Assembly: GCA_963736895.1 (NCBI GenBank)
Contig: CAVTQU010000011.1
Span: 21,153 to 85,152, forward strand
DNA length: 64,000 nt
Direction of reading: 5' to 3'
From: an uncultured Chloroflexia bacterium
GTDB lineage: Bacteria > Chloroflexota > Limnocylindria > Limnocylindrales > CSP1-4
Position 1 is the stretch's first letter; each line of letters starts with the position of its first letter. The notes below the pieces were generated by a model. It saw only the letters and a list, made by a program, of their open reading frames with translations, searched no databases and was not told where the DNA came from. The position numbers were made by a program, and so were the translations under genes. This document shows, one piece after another, positions 8,489 to 21,532 of the stretch.

Positions 8489-10275
8489 GTGCACCGTCAC
8501 ATCGTCACACAAGCAGTTCTTGCGGCAGCGCTTCTGGCCCTCGCCGGCTGCGCCAGCACGAGCCCACCGACACCGATGCCGTCGGTCACGACTCCTTCGC
8601 CAGCTCCGACGCCCGAACGAACCACGCCTCCGCCGACTAATGCGGCAACGCCGTCCGCCATTTCGGTGGCCGGCGCTTGGACTGCGTCAGGACGGATGCA
8701 CGAAGAACGGGTGGACACGTCGGTTTCGACTCTGATGGCCGACGGCACCGTCCTTGTTGTGGGCGGTGAGAACGGCACGGCTGAGATCTACGACCCAGCT
8801 ACAGGAGAGTTTTCCGATGCGCCGAGCATGACAGTGGCCACCGGCAGGCGCCAACCGCGACCCTGCTCAACGACGGCAAGGTGCTGGTCGCCGGCGGCTT
8901 CGATGGCAACGTCGGTCTGGCCTCCGCGGAGCTGTACGACCCGGACTCGCAGTCCTGGACGGCGACCGGGCCTATGCTCGAAGCCCGATATGGGCATACA
9001 GCAACCCTGTTGAACGATGGCCGCGTGCTGGTGGTTGCCGGCTGGAAGACTGATACCGACTATCTCGCGACCGCAGAGATTTATGACCCCGCCCAGGGCT
9101 CGTGGTCGCCGGCCGGCAGCATGCAAAACGCTCGCGCGACGCACAACGCCGTTCTGCTGTCGGACGGTAGGGTGCTCGTCGCCGGTGGCTCGAATTCGGA
9201 TCAAGCCCTCGCCTCGGCTGAGGTCTTCGATCCGGTGCTCGGGTCGTGGACCCAGGTCGACAGCATGGCCAGCGCACGTTCGTACGCCGCAGCAGCGCTT
9301 CTCGAGGATGGCACGGTTCTCGTCGCCGGCGGAGGCGGCGGCGATACCCGTCTGCAAAGCGCCGAGCTCTTCGATCCGAATGACGGGACATGGACTGCAG
9401 CCGGGGATATGACCGAGCCCCGTGGGCAGAACGTCGGAGTGGGTCTGTTGGACGGCAGAGTCCTCGTCGCCGGTGGTGGACAGTCGCACAACCCGACTGC
9501 CGAAATTTACGATCCGCACACCGATAGCTGGTCCCCCACGGGGCCCATGACTACCTGGCGCGCGTCGCCGATGATCACTCTTCTGGCGGACGGAACCGTC
9601 TTCCTCGGCGGTGGCTTCGCGGACGACGCGACGACCACCGAGCTGTTCAACCCGCAGGCCGGAGGACCGGCGGCAACCGTCCCACCGTGGATTACGCGCT
9701 GCGACGCTGGCTGCCAGGGGCCTATTCAGGCCGGGTCGTTCACATCGCAGGGTCTCCTGCCGGGCATGGAGATGACAGTCGGCGACTCCTGGTTCAACTC
9801 GGCCGACAACCTGGAGGAGCTCCAACTCGACCAATCCGACAACGCCCTGCGATTCTGGCGAAATCCTGGGGCGTCTTCACCGACTGGGGAACTGCTGGCC
9901 GATGTGCCACGGACGCCACAGGGGCTGACCGAATGGCTGGTGAGCAACCCCAACGTCGATGTATCGGCACCCGAGCAGACGACCGTGGGAGGCGTCCCGG
10001 CAACAACGCTCGAGGTCACGATCTCACCCGACAACGTCAACGTGGATCCCGGGTGTCCATCTGATGTCCGTTCGTGCCTGCGCCTGCTGTGGATCGCTCC
10101 GCACCACGACCTGGCAATCGGCTACGGCGAGGCAATCCGGCTTTACATGTTCAACGTCGAAACTGGTGGAGCAGACGAGATGATGGTTGTCTCGCTCGAC
10201 TCGCCATCGAGCCAGTCGCTTGCGCAGCTGACGACCCTCGTCGAGCCGATCCTCGCCAGCGTCCGCTTCCCGTAG
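8489..10275 (+). pseudogene. Kelch-repeat lipoprotein, one frameshift
   Basis: Lipobox LALAGCAS, then 7 blades of the DGxVLVxGG...AExYDP type. Track ORFs 8489..9013 and 8881..10275 join by a -1 shift near 8845-8860. Ends in a ~190-aa non-Kelch C-terminal domain. Confidence 0.75.
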
Positions 10276-10427
10276 CCATCGGCAACTGACGCAGCGATTA
10301 CGGCTGCAACGGCAATGACAGGCTCGTGCCTGTCGCGGCATGCCTGGCGTCGCCGCGCGGCGGGTAGGTTCGGGTTGCCTAGCCCAAACCCGTTCGTACC
10401 TGGCTTCGCCAGTAAGGGAGAGATGGA

Positions 10428-11300
10428 ATGAACCTGGTCGACACTCTGGTCGCAAGCTTCAACGAGGTGGTCAATGACCTCGTTCTGGCTCTGCCGGCCA
10501 TCATCGGCGCGCTGATCATCCTGCTCGTCGGCTACATCGTGGCCAAGATCGTCAGCGGCATCGTTCGCCGACTGCTGGTCCGCGTCGGAGCCGATCGCAC
10601 GTTCGCTCAGCATGGCTCGGATGTCTACGGACAGAACGCCAACACGATGAAACCCAGCACCATCGGCGCATCGGTGGTCTTCTGGGTGCTGATCCTGGTC
10701 TTCGTTATCGCCGCCGCCAACTTCCTTGGTTGGCCGCAGGTGAGCCAGCTCATCAACGACTTCCTGGCGTGGCTGCCCAACCTGATCGTCGCGATCATCA
10801 TCCTCGTCGCGGCCCCGATCGTCGGACGCATCGTTCGTCGCGCCGTCGAGGGCGGATCGGAGCAGCTCGGGATGTCGAGCGGTCGAATGCTCGGCCGCAT
10901 CGCCGAGATCGCGGTCATCGCGTTCGCGGTCCTGATCGCGATCAACCAGGTGGGCATCGCGACGGATCTCGTGAACATCCTGTTCATCGGCATCGTGGCT
11001 GCGCTCGCGATCGCCCTCGGCCTGGCTTTCGGCCTCGGCGGCCGAGAGGTCGCCGCGCAGGTGACCCAGGATTGGTACGACCGATCCAAGGAGGTCTCCG
11101 CACGCGCCCAGGCACAGATGGCCAAGGGATCTTCGAGCCAAGTCGAAGGCGACATCGAGCGAGTCGACCGGGACGTCCCGCCCGAGCTCTGCCCCGGAGA
11201 CCTCCCCCACCGGAGGCTGAACCACCCGACGCTTCAATGCGACAATCTTGCCCGGTGCCGGACTTGTTCGGCGCCGGGCATTTTCAGTTCTCGCGCGTGA
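10428..11300 (+). CDS. multi-pass membrane protein (conserved TM-helix repeat, MscS-associated type)
   Basis: SD GGGAGAG before the ATG and repeated hydrophobic helix pairs. The last ~45 codons look non-native and overlap the convergent hydrolase gene, so the true C-terminus may be hidden by an indel. Confidence 0.55.
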   Translation: MNLVDTLVASFNEVVNDLVLALPAIIGALIILLVGYIVAKIVSGIVRRLLVRVGADRTFAQHGSDVYGQNANTMKPSTIGASVVFWVLILVFVIAAANFLGWPQVSQLINDFLAWLPNLIVAIIILVAAPIVGRIVRRAVEGGSEQLGMSSGRMLGRIAEIAVIAFAVLIAINQVGIATDLVNILFIGIVAALAIALGLAFGLGGREVAAQVTQDWYDRSKEVSARAQAQMAKGSSSQVEGDIERVDRDVPPELCPGDLPHRRLNHPTLQCDNLARCRTCSAPGIFSSRA

Positions 11301-11848
11301 CCACTTGCGCGAATGTCGGTGATCAGCGCCGGCAGATTCGTGAAGGAGTGCTCCTGACCGTCGATCGAGCGTGACTTCGCGTTCGGGAGACGCTCTTCGT
11401 AGAGCGCCAGATGGTCGTAGGGGACGTGTGGGTCTTCGCGGCTGTGGTAGAGAAATATCGGGATGGCTGGCAACTTCGACGCGAAGTCGTCGGGCAAGGC
11501 GTATTCGTCGTACGCCCAGCCTTCGGGACCCCACCACGGCACCGAAACCAGGAAGAGGCCCACGATCGACGTCGGCGGAGGGCCTTCAGCCAGGTATTTC
11601 AGCAGCACGGACCCGCCGAACGAATGCCCCACGAGGATGACGGGCCCATCGATGGCGCGGAGCTCGGTATCGATCCGGTCGCGCCACGGGAGGTAGTGCG
11701 GTCCGATCGCGGCATCCGGCATCTCCGGCGCCATGACCTCGAAGTCGGGACCGAGTGCTGTCTTCAGGTAGTTCGCCAGGATGCCGCTGCCTTCAGGCGC
11801 CCACATGTCACCGGCACCCTGAATGAATAACACTGCCTGTTTGGTCAT
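11234..11848 (-). CDS. alpha/beta hydrolase (YdeN/RBBP9-like serine hydrolase)
   Basis: Start taken at MTKQAVLFIQGAGD. Nucleophile elbow VGHSFGG and C-terminal LYHSREDPHVP...GQEHSF. Confidence 0.7.
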   Translation of the reverse strand: MTKQAVLFIQGAGDMWAPEGSGILANYLKTALGPDFEVMAPEMPDAAIGPHYLPWRDRIDTELRAIDGPVILVGHSFGGSVLLKYLAEGPPPTSIVGLFLVSVPWWGPEGWAYDEYALPDDFASKLPAIPIFLYHSREDPHVPYDHLALYEERLPNAKSRSIDGQEHSFTNLPALITDIRASGHARELKMPGAEQVRHRARLSH

Positions 11849-11900
11849 ACCCGCAGATTTTGAACATGTTCCCGTGGCGTAAGGTCTCAACGAGTCGCAA

Positions 11901-12254
11901 ATGCATGCTGAGCTTGTGTCTTTTGGTCGGCTGGAGCTCGATGGCGAGGTCCTGGATCACGATGTGGTGATCGAGCGCGGCATCGCGCGAAAGCGCAAGA
12001 AGGGGCCGTCGAAGCCACTTCGTGACCAATATGGCCACACGCCGCTCTCCGTCGAGGAGCAGATCCCGTGGTCAGCGAGCGTCCTGGTGATCGGGACTGG
12101 CGCTAACGGGCAGCTACCCGTCATGGACGAAGTCGTCGAGGAGGCTCGGCGCCGCGGGGTTCGATTGATAACGCTGCCCACTGCGGAGGCCTGTCGCCTG
12201 CTCAACGAGTCGGCCGACGGTGATATCGCGGCGATCCTTCACGTGACGTGCTGA
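11901..12254 (+). CDS. Mth938-like (DUF498) domain protein
   Basis: 117 aa with VLVIGTGANGQLPV...AEACRLLNE...AAILHVTC, the typical family C-terminus. Confidence 0.6.
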   Translation: MHAELVSFGRLELDGEVLDHDVVIERGIARKRKKGPSKPLRDQYGHTPLSVEEQIPWSASVLVIGTGANGQLPVMDEVVEEARRRGVRLITLPTAEACRLLNESADGDIAAILHVTC

Positions 12255-12284
12255 GACTGCCAAGCCGATAACGGTTTCGTTATC

Positions 12285-12620
12285 ATGACCCAAATGAACG
12301 TGGGACGGGTGCTTCGCTACGCGCGCCGCCAAGCTGGTCTGAGCCAAAGGGACCTGGCCGCGAAGACGGGCGTGCCACAACCGCAGATCGCGCGAATCGA
12401 GAGTGGCGCCGTATCGCCCAGGATGGACACGCTGGAACGCCTCATGGCCGGCACCGGCGTCACGCTCGAGGTGTCGCCGCGCATCGGCGACGGGGTCGAC
12501 CGCAGCCTCATCCGGGCGTCACTCGGGCGCAGCCCGGAGAAACGCGTCCAAGCGGCCGAAACAGCCGCGCGCAATCTTGCGACCTATCTGGCGGCCATCC
12601 GAGATGGATCCGATCGCTGA
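12285..12620 (+). CDS. XRE-family HTH transcriptional regulator (antitoxin-like)
   Basis: HTH_3 pattern VLRYARRQAGLSQRDLAAKTGVPQPQIARIESG. Overlaps the start of the following nucleotidyltransferase gene. Confidence 0.8.
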   Translation: MTQMNVGRVLRYARRQAGLSQRDLAAKTGVPQPQIARIESGAVSPRMDTLERLMAGTGVTLEVSPRIGDGVDRSLIRASLGRSPEKRVQAAETAARNLATYLAAIRDGSDR

Positions 12621-13113
12621 CTTCCAGCCTGAGAGCGTCATCCGGCTGCTGGGTCGGCATGGCGTCCGATACGTGTTGATCGGCGGTCTCGCCGCCGTCA
12701 CCCACGGCGCTCCCCTCGTGACCCAGGATGTCGATCTTTGTTACGCCCGGGACGCCGACAACGTCGACCGACTCGTGGCCGCCCTGCGCGAGGTAAATGC
12801 GAGCGCTCCGCGGAGCCGATCCAACGCTCCCTTTCCGACTCGATGCGCAGACGATCCAAAAGGGCGATGCGTTCACGTTTCACCAGCGACATCGGCTGGG
12901 TGGACGTCATGGCCACCGCCAGCCGGAACGTCGGGCTACGAGGATCTCGCCCGCACAGCGGACGCGTTCGACCTCTTCGGATATCGCGTGCTGGTCGCCG
13001 CCGTCGACGACCTCATCCGGATGAAACGCGCTGCAGGTCGTCCAAAGGACCTATTGGCGGTCGAGGAGCTAGGCGCGCTGCGCGACGAGCTCGATCGCCG
13101 CGCTGAGAGATGA
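12604..13113 (+). pseudogene. nucleotidyltransferase-domain protein (TA-type partner of the XRE gene), three frameshifts
   Basis: MDPIADFQPESVIRLLGRHGVRYVLIGGLAAVTHGAPLVTQDVDLCYA... The reading hops frames near 12797, 12881 and 12925: ...RALRGADPTLPFRLDAQTIQKGDAFTF / TSDIGWVDVMATAS / GTSGYEDLARTADAF...MKRAAGRPKDLLAVEEL. Confidence 0.6.
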
Positions 13114-13120
13114 TCACCTC

Positions 13121-14620
<1,500 letters not shown>

Positions 14621-15501
14621 CGACGAAGCGGCTAGTTCTGACCTGCCTTCGGTAGAAGCGGCCGCTGTTCGCGCCGCGCCGTCTCGACGTGGCTCTTCTG
14701 GACCGGTTCGGCTGCCCGTGGCGTCTGCGGCAGCCTGCCAGTCGGACTTTCGGTCGATCGTCCGCAGCTCGCGCAGCTTCTGGTGGACCCACAGGTAGCG
14801 GTCGGCGTCCGTCTTGAACGAGTACAGCTCTGGGAGCGCCGTGTTGGCGATCGCTTTCTGGGCCGGCGCCCAGCACGTCTCGTACCACAGCGCCGTCGCC
14901 TCGGGCATGCTGACGAACTGGCCGCGCTTGGCGCTCTCCTCGTACGCGTACGCCTCGAGGAGGTCCGTCAGCTCCCAGTAGCCGATCGGTCGCGAGAACT
15001 CGATCTGGAGCTCCGGATGGCTCGCCGCGAGCCCGCTGCGCTCCATGAATTGGCGGTTCTGCTCGGTGTGGACCAGCTGCAGCAGGTCCACGTCCGGAGT
15101 AATGGCGTGCGACAGCTTGAGCGCGGTGACGTCGGCATCGATGAACTCGCCGCCGTCCTGGCGCGCGACCGCAACGCGATGGTGGCCGTCGCTGACGAAG
15201 TAAAGGCCACTGGCCTCGTAGACGGAGATCGGCGGCATGGGTCGGTCGGCGAACGCCTTACGCAGTGACTTGAGGCGCTGGTTGAGATCACCGCGCTTGC
15301 GGGGCTTGAAGAAGCGATCGAAGTCGACCGCCCGATCGACCGATCCGACGATCTGCTTGATCGGGATCGTGCGAATGCCCACGTAGGACTGGCCCACGAT
15401 GCGCAGTCGGTCCGTGACTTCGCCCAGCGGCAGCAAGGTCTCGGTGCTCACCAGATCACGGTAATACGAACGGCAACCCTCGGCTCTGAAGCAGGCTGCG
15501 G

Positions 15502-15530
15502 TTGACCCATCGTCCTCCGTCTTGTATAAC
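15502..15530 (+). promoter_or_regulatory. sigma-70-like promoter giving a (near-)leaderless folE transcript
   Basis: TTGACC-N17-TATAAC ends 6 nt before the ATG at 15537. Confidence 0.4.
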
Positions 15531-15536
15531 TAGCGA

Positions 15537-16245
15537 ATGCTAGCGATAGAACGGCGGAATGAAGTCGACCGCCCACACTCCGGCGACGGTCACCACCACT
15601 CCCCGGACATCGACGAGATCCTTCCCAGCCAGACGCGAGACATCTCCGACGAGGACCGCGAGCGCTTCGAGGCGAACATGGCCGAGATCTTTGGCGCTCT
15701 CGGCATGGACCTTGACTCTCCGGGCACGCAGCGACACGCCGCGACGGTTCGTCCAGGCGCTGATCGACGCGACCAACGGCTACGACGGCGACCCCAAGCT
15801 GGTCACCGTCTTCCCCACCGAGTGCCACGGCGACGCGAGCTGCGAGCTCGCCCAGATCGTCGAGGGGCCGATCCCCTTCTTTGCCCTCTGCGAGCACCAC
15901 GCATTGCCGTTCTACGGCCATGCCTATGTCGGCTACGTGGCGCACGACCAGATCATCGGCGTCAGCAAGCTCACCCGGCTCGTGCGCGTGCTCACGCAGC
16001 GCTTCGGCGTCCAGGAGCGCATGACGCACGAGATCGCGCGAACGCTTGAGGGGCTGCTCAACGCCCACGGCGTCGCGGTCTACATGGAAGCCGATCACAT
16101 GTGCACCCAGATGCGCGGCGTCCGCGAGGACGCGGCGATCACCCGAACCACCGGCTACCGCGGCGTCTACGAGCGCGACGCAAGCCTGCGGTCCGAGTTC
16201 TTCACGCTCTCCGGGATTGGCGCCGGGAGCCCAACTCGCCGATGA
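15537..16245 (+). pseudogene. folE: GTP cyclohydrolase I, one frameshift
   Basis: FFALCEHHALPFYGHAYVGYV, IIGVSKLTRLV, RFGVQERMTHEIA and GVAVYMEADHMCTQMRGV. The N-terminal part is in the 15537 frame and the rest in the 15559..16245 frame. The shift is near 15729. Confidence 0.85.
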
Positions 16246-16345
16246 CGCGACGACTCGATACGACGGCGGCCATGCGACATTCCAGCTCGAGCCGCTGCTC
16301 ACGCACAGTTCCGACGCAAGGTCCGCTCCGCGGCGGCCAACTGCC

Positions 16346-17140
16346 GATGGCTCTCCACGAGGCCTACGGCAGCGATATCTCCATCCCGCTGCGGACGGAC
16401 CGACCAACCGTCATCGCCAATTTCGTCTCGACGATCGACGGCGTCGTCTCGTTCAACGTCCCCGGCCAGGCCGGTGGCGGCGAGGTGAGCGGCTTCTTCG
16501 AGCCCGATCGCTTCGTGATGGGCCTCCTCCGCTCGCTCTCCGACGCGGTCCTGGTCGGCGCCGGCACGCTCCGCGACACGAAGAAGCACGTCTGGAAGCC
16601 ATCTCACGTGCACCCGGCCAGCGCGGCCGATTACGCGCAGGCTCCGCGAGCAGCTCGGCCTCGCCGCCGAGCCGACGACGGTGGTCGTCACCTCGAACGG
16701 CGACATCGACCTCAGCCAGCGCGGCCTCGCCGATCCCAGCGTCCCGGTGATCGTCGTCACGACCGACCGCGGCCACGCTCGCCCTGCAACGCCAGGCACC
16801 CTTCGCCACCCACGTCGAGGTCGTCACCGTCGGCGCGGCTGAGCACGTCGAGCCCGACCGCACTCATGGAGCATCCTGCGCGACCGCGGCTTCCAGCTCG
16901 TCCTGACCGAAGGCGGTCCGCACCTGTTCGGCCAGCTGGTCGGCGCCCACCTGGTCGACGAGCTCTTCCTGACGCTTGCTCCGCAGATGGCGGGTCGATC
17001 GGACGAAACCCCGCGCCTTGGCTCTCGTCGAAGGCACCGCGTTCACCGTCGCCGGCGCGCCGTGGTCGCAATTGGTCGACCTGCGCAGGTCGGGCAACCA
17101 CCTCTTCGCTCGCTACAGATTTCAGGAGTCAGCGGCATGA
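16346..17140 (+). pseudogene. RibD C-terminal/dihydrofolate-reductase-like protein, about 5 frameshifts
   Basis: MALHEAYG...VIANFVSTIDGVVSF...LVGAGTLRD, then LREQLGLAAEPTTVVVTSNGDIDL, VEVVTVGA, GFQLVLTEGGPHLFGQLVGAHLVDELFLTLAPQMAG and NHLFARYRF. These segments are spread over all three frames. Confidence 0.7.
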
Positions 17141-18345
17141 ACAACAACGGCAGGGCACCGAGGTCAAATCGGTCGTCATCGTCGGCGGCGGAGTCGCCGG
17201 CGCGAGCGCGGCATTCGAGCTGCGCAAGCTCGGCTTCGACGGCAGCGTCACCCTGGTCACCAACGAGCAGCATCTCCCCTACAAGCGCCCGCCGATGTCC
17301 AAGGAATACCTGCGCGGCGAGCAGCCGATCGAGAAGGCGTACGTCAAGCCGGCCGATCAATACGCCGAGCAGAACGTCCAGCTGATCCAGGGCAAGCGGG
17401 TGGAGTCGATCGACACGGACAGTCGAACCATCACGCTCGACGACAGGTCCACCCTCCCCTACGACGCCTTGCTCCTGGCGACGGGCTCGGCTGCCCGACG
17501 GCTGGAGATTCCCGGGGCCGATCTGTCGGGCGTCCACTACCTCCGCAACGTCGAGGACGCCGACGCAATTCGAGCCGCAGCCATGGAGGCCGAGGCGATC
17601 GTCGTCATCGGCGGCGGCTGGATCGGGACCGAGGTGGCCGCTTCGCTGCGGCAGCTCGGACGCAACGTGACGCTGATCGCGCCGCCGCCGCAGCCGCTCG
17701 AGAACATCCTTGGCGCCGAGGTGGCCGGCGTCTACCGCAGGCTGCACGAGGAGAACGGCACGAAGCTGGTCATCGGCCGCGTTGCGCGAGCTCGAAGGCG
17801 ACGGCCGCGTCACGGAAGTCGTTCTGGCTGACGGCACGCGCATCCCCACCGACATGGTCGTGGCCGGCGTTGGCGCCGCGCCGCGCCTCCGCCTCGCTCG
17901 AAACGCCGGCCTGACTCTCCGCCACGGCGGCGTCGACGTCGATGCGTTCCTGCAGACGTCGGCGCCCGGCGTCTACGCGGCCGGCGACATCGCCACCGCG
18001 TGGCATCCACGGTTCGGGCGCCACGTCCGCGTCGAGCACTGGGACAACGCCAAGGAACAGGGCAAGACGGTCGCCGCCAACATCATGGGCGCGGGCAAGG
18101 CGTACGACCGCTCGCCGTACTTCTACTCGGACCAGTTCGACCTCGGCATGGAGTACCGCGGCATGGCCCACGGCTGGGACGACGTCGTCATCCGTGGCAA
18201 CCTCGAGGCGCGCGAGTTCGATGCTTTCTGGCTCAAGGACGGCCGAGTCGTCGCGGCGATGAACGCCAACCGCTGGGACGACGCCGCCGAGCTGCAGGAC
18301 CTGGTCGACCGCCAGGCCGAGCTAGAGGTGGCGACGGCCAGCTAG
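17137..18345 (+). pseudogene. FAD-dependent pyridine nucleotide-disulfide oxidoreductase (ferredoxin/rubredoxin reductase-like), two frameshifts
   Basis: VVIVGGGVAGASAA, IVVIGGGWIGTEVAA and YAAGDIA...VEHWDNA. ATGA overlap with the previous gene. Shifts are near 17160 and 17775. Confidence 0.8.
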
Positions 18346-19638
18346 ACCCGGCGTTCCCGCGGATGATCGTCAGGCCGCGGCCGCCTGCGCTGACCGTCCG
18401 CACGCCGTCCGAGGAGATACCAGGTCTCCATGTCGCCCTTGCCCTTGATCGCGACGGGCCCACGGTGTTCGCACTCGAACTCGTCCTTGAGCAGCTCGTA
18501 GGTCGATTCGGAGATCTGGATGCGACCGGGCGTTCCGTGTGACTCCATGCGGCTGGCGATGTTCACCGCGTCGCCCCACAGGTCGTAGAGGAACCGCTTT
18601 CGGCCGATGACGCCGGCGACGACCGGGCCGGAGTTGATGCCGATTCGGAGCTCGAAACCGAGGTTGCCAACGGCGCCGCCGGAGCTCACCGCGTCGAGCA
18701 TGTCCAGGGCGAGGAGTGCCAGCGCGCGGGCGTGATCCGGCCGCGGCGTGGGGATTCCGGAAGCAACCATGTAGGCGTCGCCGATGGTCTTGATCTTCTC
18801 GAGCCCGCGCTGCTCGACAAGCGTGTCGAACTGGCCGAACAGCTGATCGAGCATGCCGACCACCTCGGCGGGCGTCCGCTGTTCCATCTGCGGGGTGAAG
18901 TCGACCACGTCGGCGAAGAGGATCGACGCCGCGCTGAACTGGTCGGCAATGGTCTGGGGCCGGTCCTTCAGCTTCTCGGCGATCGACCGCGGCAGGATGT
19001 TGAGCAGCAGGTTCTCTGACTTCGCCTGTTCGATCCGCAGGGCACCGAGCGCGTCCTGCCGCTGCTTCACGAAGATGGCCAGCAGCGTGAAGAAGATCGT
19101 GCCGCCCACTGTGATGTTGAGCGCGAGCATCGTGCTCGTGAACCACGTTGGCACGATCGAGACGGAGCCCAGGATCTCGCCGGCGATGCCGGAGGCGAGA
19201 AAGACGATCACGAAGGCGACGTACCACTTGACGGCGGAGCCGAAGCCCAATGAACACGAGCGCCCCCAACGGCGCCAGGATTCCCCACAGGCCAACGCCG
19301 CCCGATCCCAGGAACCCACCCAGGAAGGCCATCGAGATCGTCGGCGCGAGAAGGATGTCGGTGAGGTTCACGCGAAGCAGGAAGTTGGCGTCGCGCGTTC
19401 GCGAGAAGATGACGATCGCCGAGAACAGGATCAGCGCGTACAGCAGCGGCAGATAGCCGACTGGCGAACCGAGGGCCAGGTACAGCCCGCCCCACACCAA
19501 CGAGATGGGCAGGATCAGCAACGAGATGAGAACGAGCAGCGACCTGCTCTGACGCGCGTCCTCATCGTCACGCGGGTCGGCGCCGATCCTCGCCAGTCGC
19601 GCGACGACACGCTCAAGCACGTTCATCTGGCCGCCCAC
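18342..19638 (-). pseudogene. membrane-anchored class III adenylate/guanylate cyclase, one frameshift
   Basis: Six predicted TM helices followed by FADVVDFTP...KTIGDAYMVASG...RIGINSGPVVAGVIG...YDLWGDAVNIASRMES. Track ORFs 18370..19638 and 18342..19319 join near 19250. Confidence 0.8.
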
Positions 19639-19682
19639 AGTAGCCGAACTGCTGTGGGACGAGTCAGTGGCGGTCGCTCTGC

Positions 19683-21428
19683 TCAGCGGGACGTCGACTC
19701 GATAGGCATCGGCTCACCGAGGGCTCGCTCGCTCTTGAATTCGTCCGCCTCGTTGTGCGCGCGATAGCGCATGACCTGCTGAACAGCGGCTGAGCCCTCG
19801 CCGACGGCCGCGGCGACTCGCTTGACGGAGCCGGCCCGAACGTCGCCCAGGGCGAATACGCCCGGGAGGGTCGTCTCGAAGGGGAACCGGAATTGCTCCG
19901 GACCCTGCGGCCGAGGCCCGTCTTCGCCGGTCAGCACGAATCCCAGGCTGTCGCGGACCAGCTCTTCGGGGAGCCACTCGGTTCGCGGCACGGCGCCGAT
20001 CAGGATGAACAGGCCACCGACCGCCAGCTCGCTCGTCTCGCTGCTAGTCCTGTCGCGGAGGATCACGGTCCGAAGCTGCTGCTCGTCCTTTGCCTCGGCG
20101 ACCTCGCTGTTGAGGTGCACGCTCGCGTTGGACAGGGCTTCGATCTGCTCGATCAGGTAGTCGGAAGCGCTGTGTGCCAGCGTGGCGCCACGAACGACCA
20201 GGTGGACGGAGCGGGCGTAGCGAGCGAGGTGAACGGCCGCCTGGACGGCCGAGTTGGCACCGCCGACCACCGCGACATCGACGCCGGACATGGCCTGCGC
20301 GTCAGCGGCACTGAAGCCGTAGAAGACGCCGCGACCGAGCAGCCGATCCACACTCGGGACGCCGATTCGGCGGTAATCCACGCCAATGGCGAGCATCACG
20401 ACGTCCGTGTTCACCTCGGAACCGTCGTCCAGCAGCACGATGTTGCGGTCGCCCTGCCGACGAAGGCCGGTGGCTCGCCGGCCGATGCGCGCCACGGCGC
20501 CGAACATCAGGGCCTGCGTCCAGGCACGCCTCATCAGCTCGGCGCCGCTGACCCCCGCCGGAAATCCGAGGTAGTTCCTGATCATCGGGCTGGAGCTCGC
20601 CTGGCTGAACGTGTCGTTGATCAGGATGACCCGCAAGCCTTCTGATGCGGCGTTCACCGCGGCCGAAAAGCCGGCCGGTCCGAGTCCCACCACAGCGACG
20701 TCGTAGGTCGTCGAGCTGGCGTCGGCCCCAGCGCCAACCATGTCCGACACCTTGGTCACGTTCGCTCCTGTCAAAGACCTGCCGTCCGAAAGGGCCACGA
20801 TCGGGAGGGGGCCGTCAATGTCGTGCTCGGCCAGGAACTTGTCCGCCTCCGGCGTTCCGGCATCCAACATGGAGACGGGATAGGTCTGCCAGCGCTGGAG
20901 AACCTCGCCGAGGAGATTGAAGTCCGGATCGCCGCGCTCGCCGATGATGGTCATTCGAGCGTCGCCGCGACTGTTATCGCTCGACCAGTCGGCGAGGATG
21001 CCGCCGATGGCGGCGAGGAAGTGCTCGTCGTTCGCGCCCCACGGCAGGTACTCGAAATGATCGACCTGCCCGAGCGTGGAAGCCCGCCGCTATCGATTGC
21101 ATGACCCAGTTGTCGCCGAAGTCGGCGAGCACGAGACGTCGAGCAGTCGGATAGATGTCACGCGTCGAGGCCAGGAATTCGGTGCCCGAGCCGGACGTAA
21201 GGTGCTCATTTGCCACGATCAGTGCGGTATCAGCTCCTGCGCTGTGCAACCGCTGCAGCTCGGCCTTGGCATCCTGCGGATTTTCGGAGGCAACGACGTC
21301 GTAGTCAGGTCCGAATCGCCGTCGAAGGGCTTTCGTGACCATGCTGCGGGTGGGTCGTGGTCGTCGACAACGATCAGAACCGGACGCATGCCCCCCGGCA
21401 CGGCTTGATTGGCGTCCATCGACGTCAT
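19683..21428 (-). pseudogene. fused response-regulator receiver / thioredoxin-disulfide reductase-like flavoprotein, two frameshifts
   Basis: N-terminus MRPVLIVVDD... in the 21219..21428 frame, then VTKALRRRFGPDYDVVASENPQDA..., then YDVAVVGLGPAGFSAA...VAVVGGANSAVQAA...VFALGDV. Shifts are near 21345 and 21083. Confidence 0.75.
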
Positions 21429-21532
21429 ACGTCACCTCCGTTTCCGGCACGTTCCCATATCACGGGTATCAAACAGGTGACCCGCGCCATCAGATCGAGG
21501 TAACAAATGTCTGCCGTTAGGGCGACGCGATC

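Noticed and set aside
10143-11537. 464-codon minus-strand ORF
   Set aside because: It is antisense to the TM-helix membrane protein and overlaps the hydrolase gene in the wrong frame. The product is low-complexity and Arg/Asp-rich.
16101-17831. 576-codon plus-strand ORF
   Set aside because: It is a chimeric read-through that stitches wrong-frame parts of the RibD_C-like and ferredoxin-reductase-like genes. The real genes are recovered only by frame-hopping.
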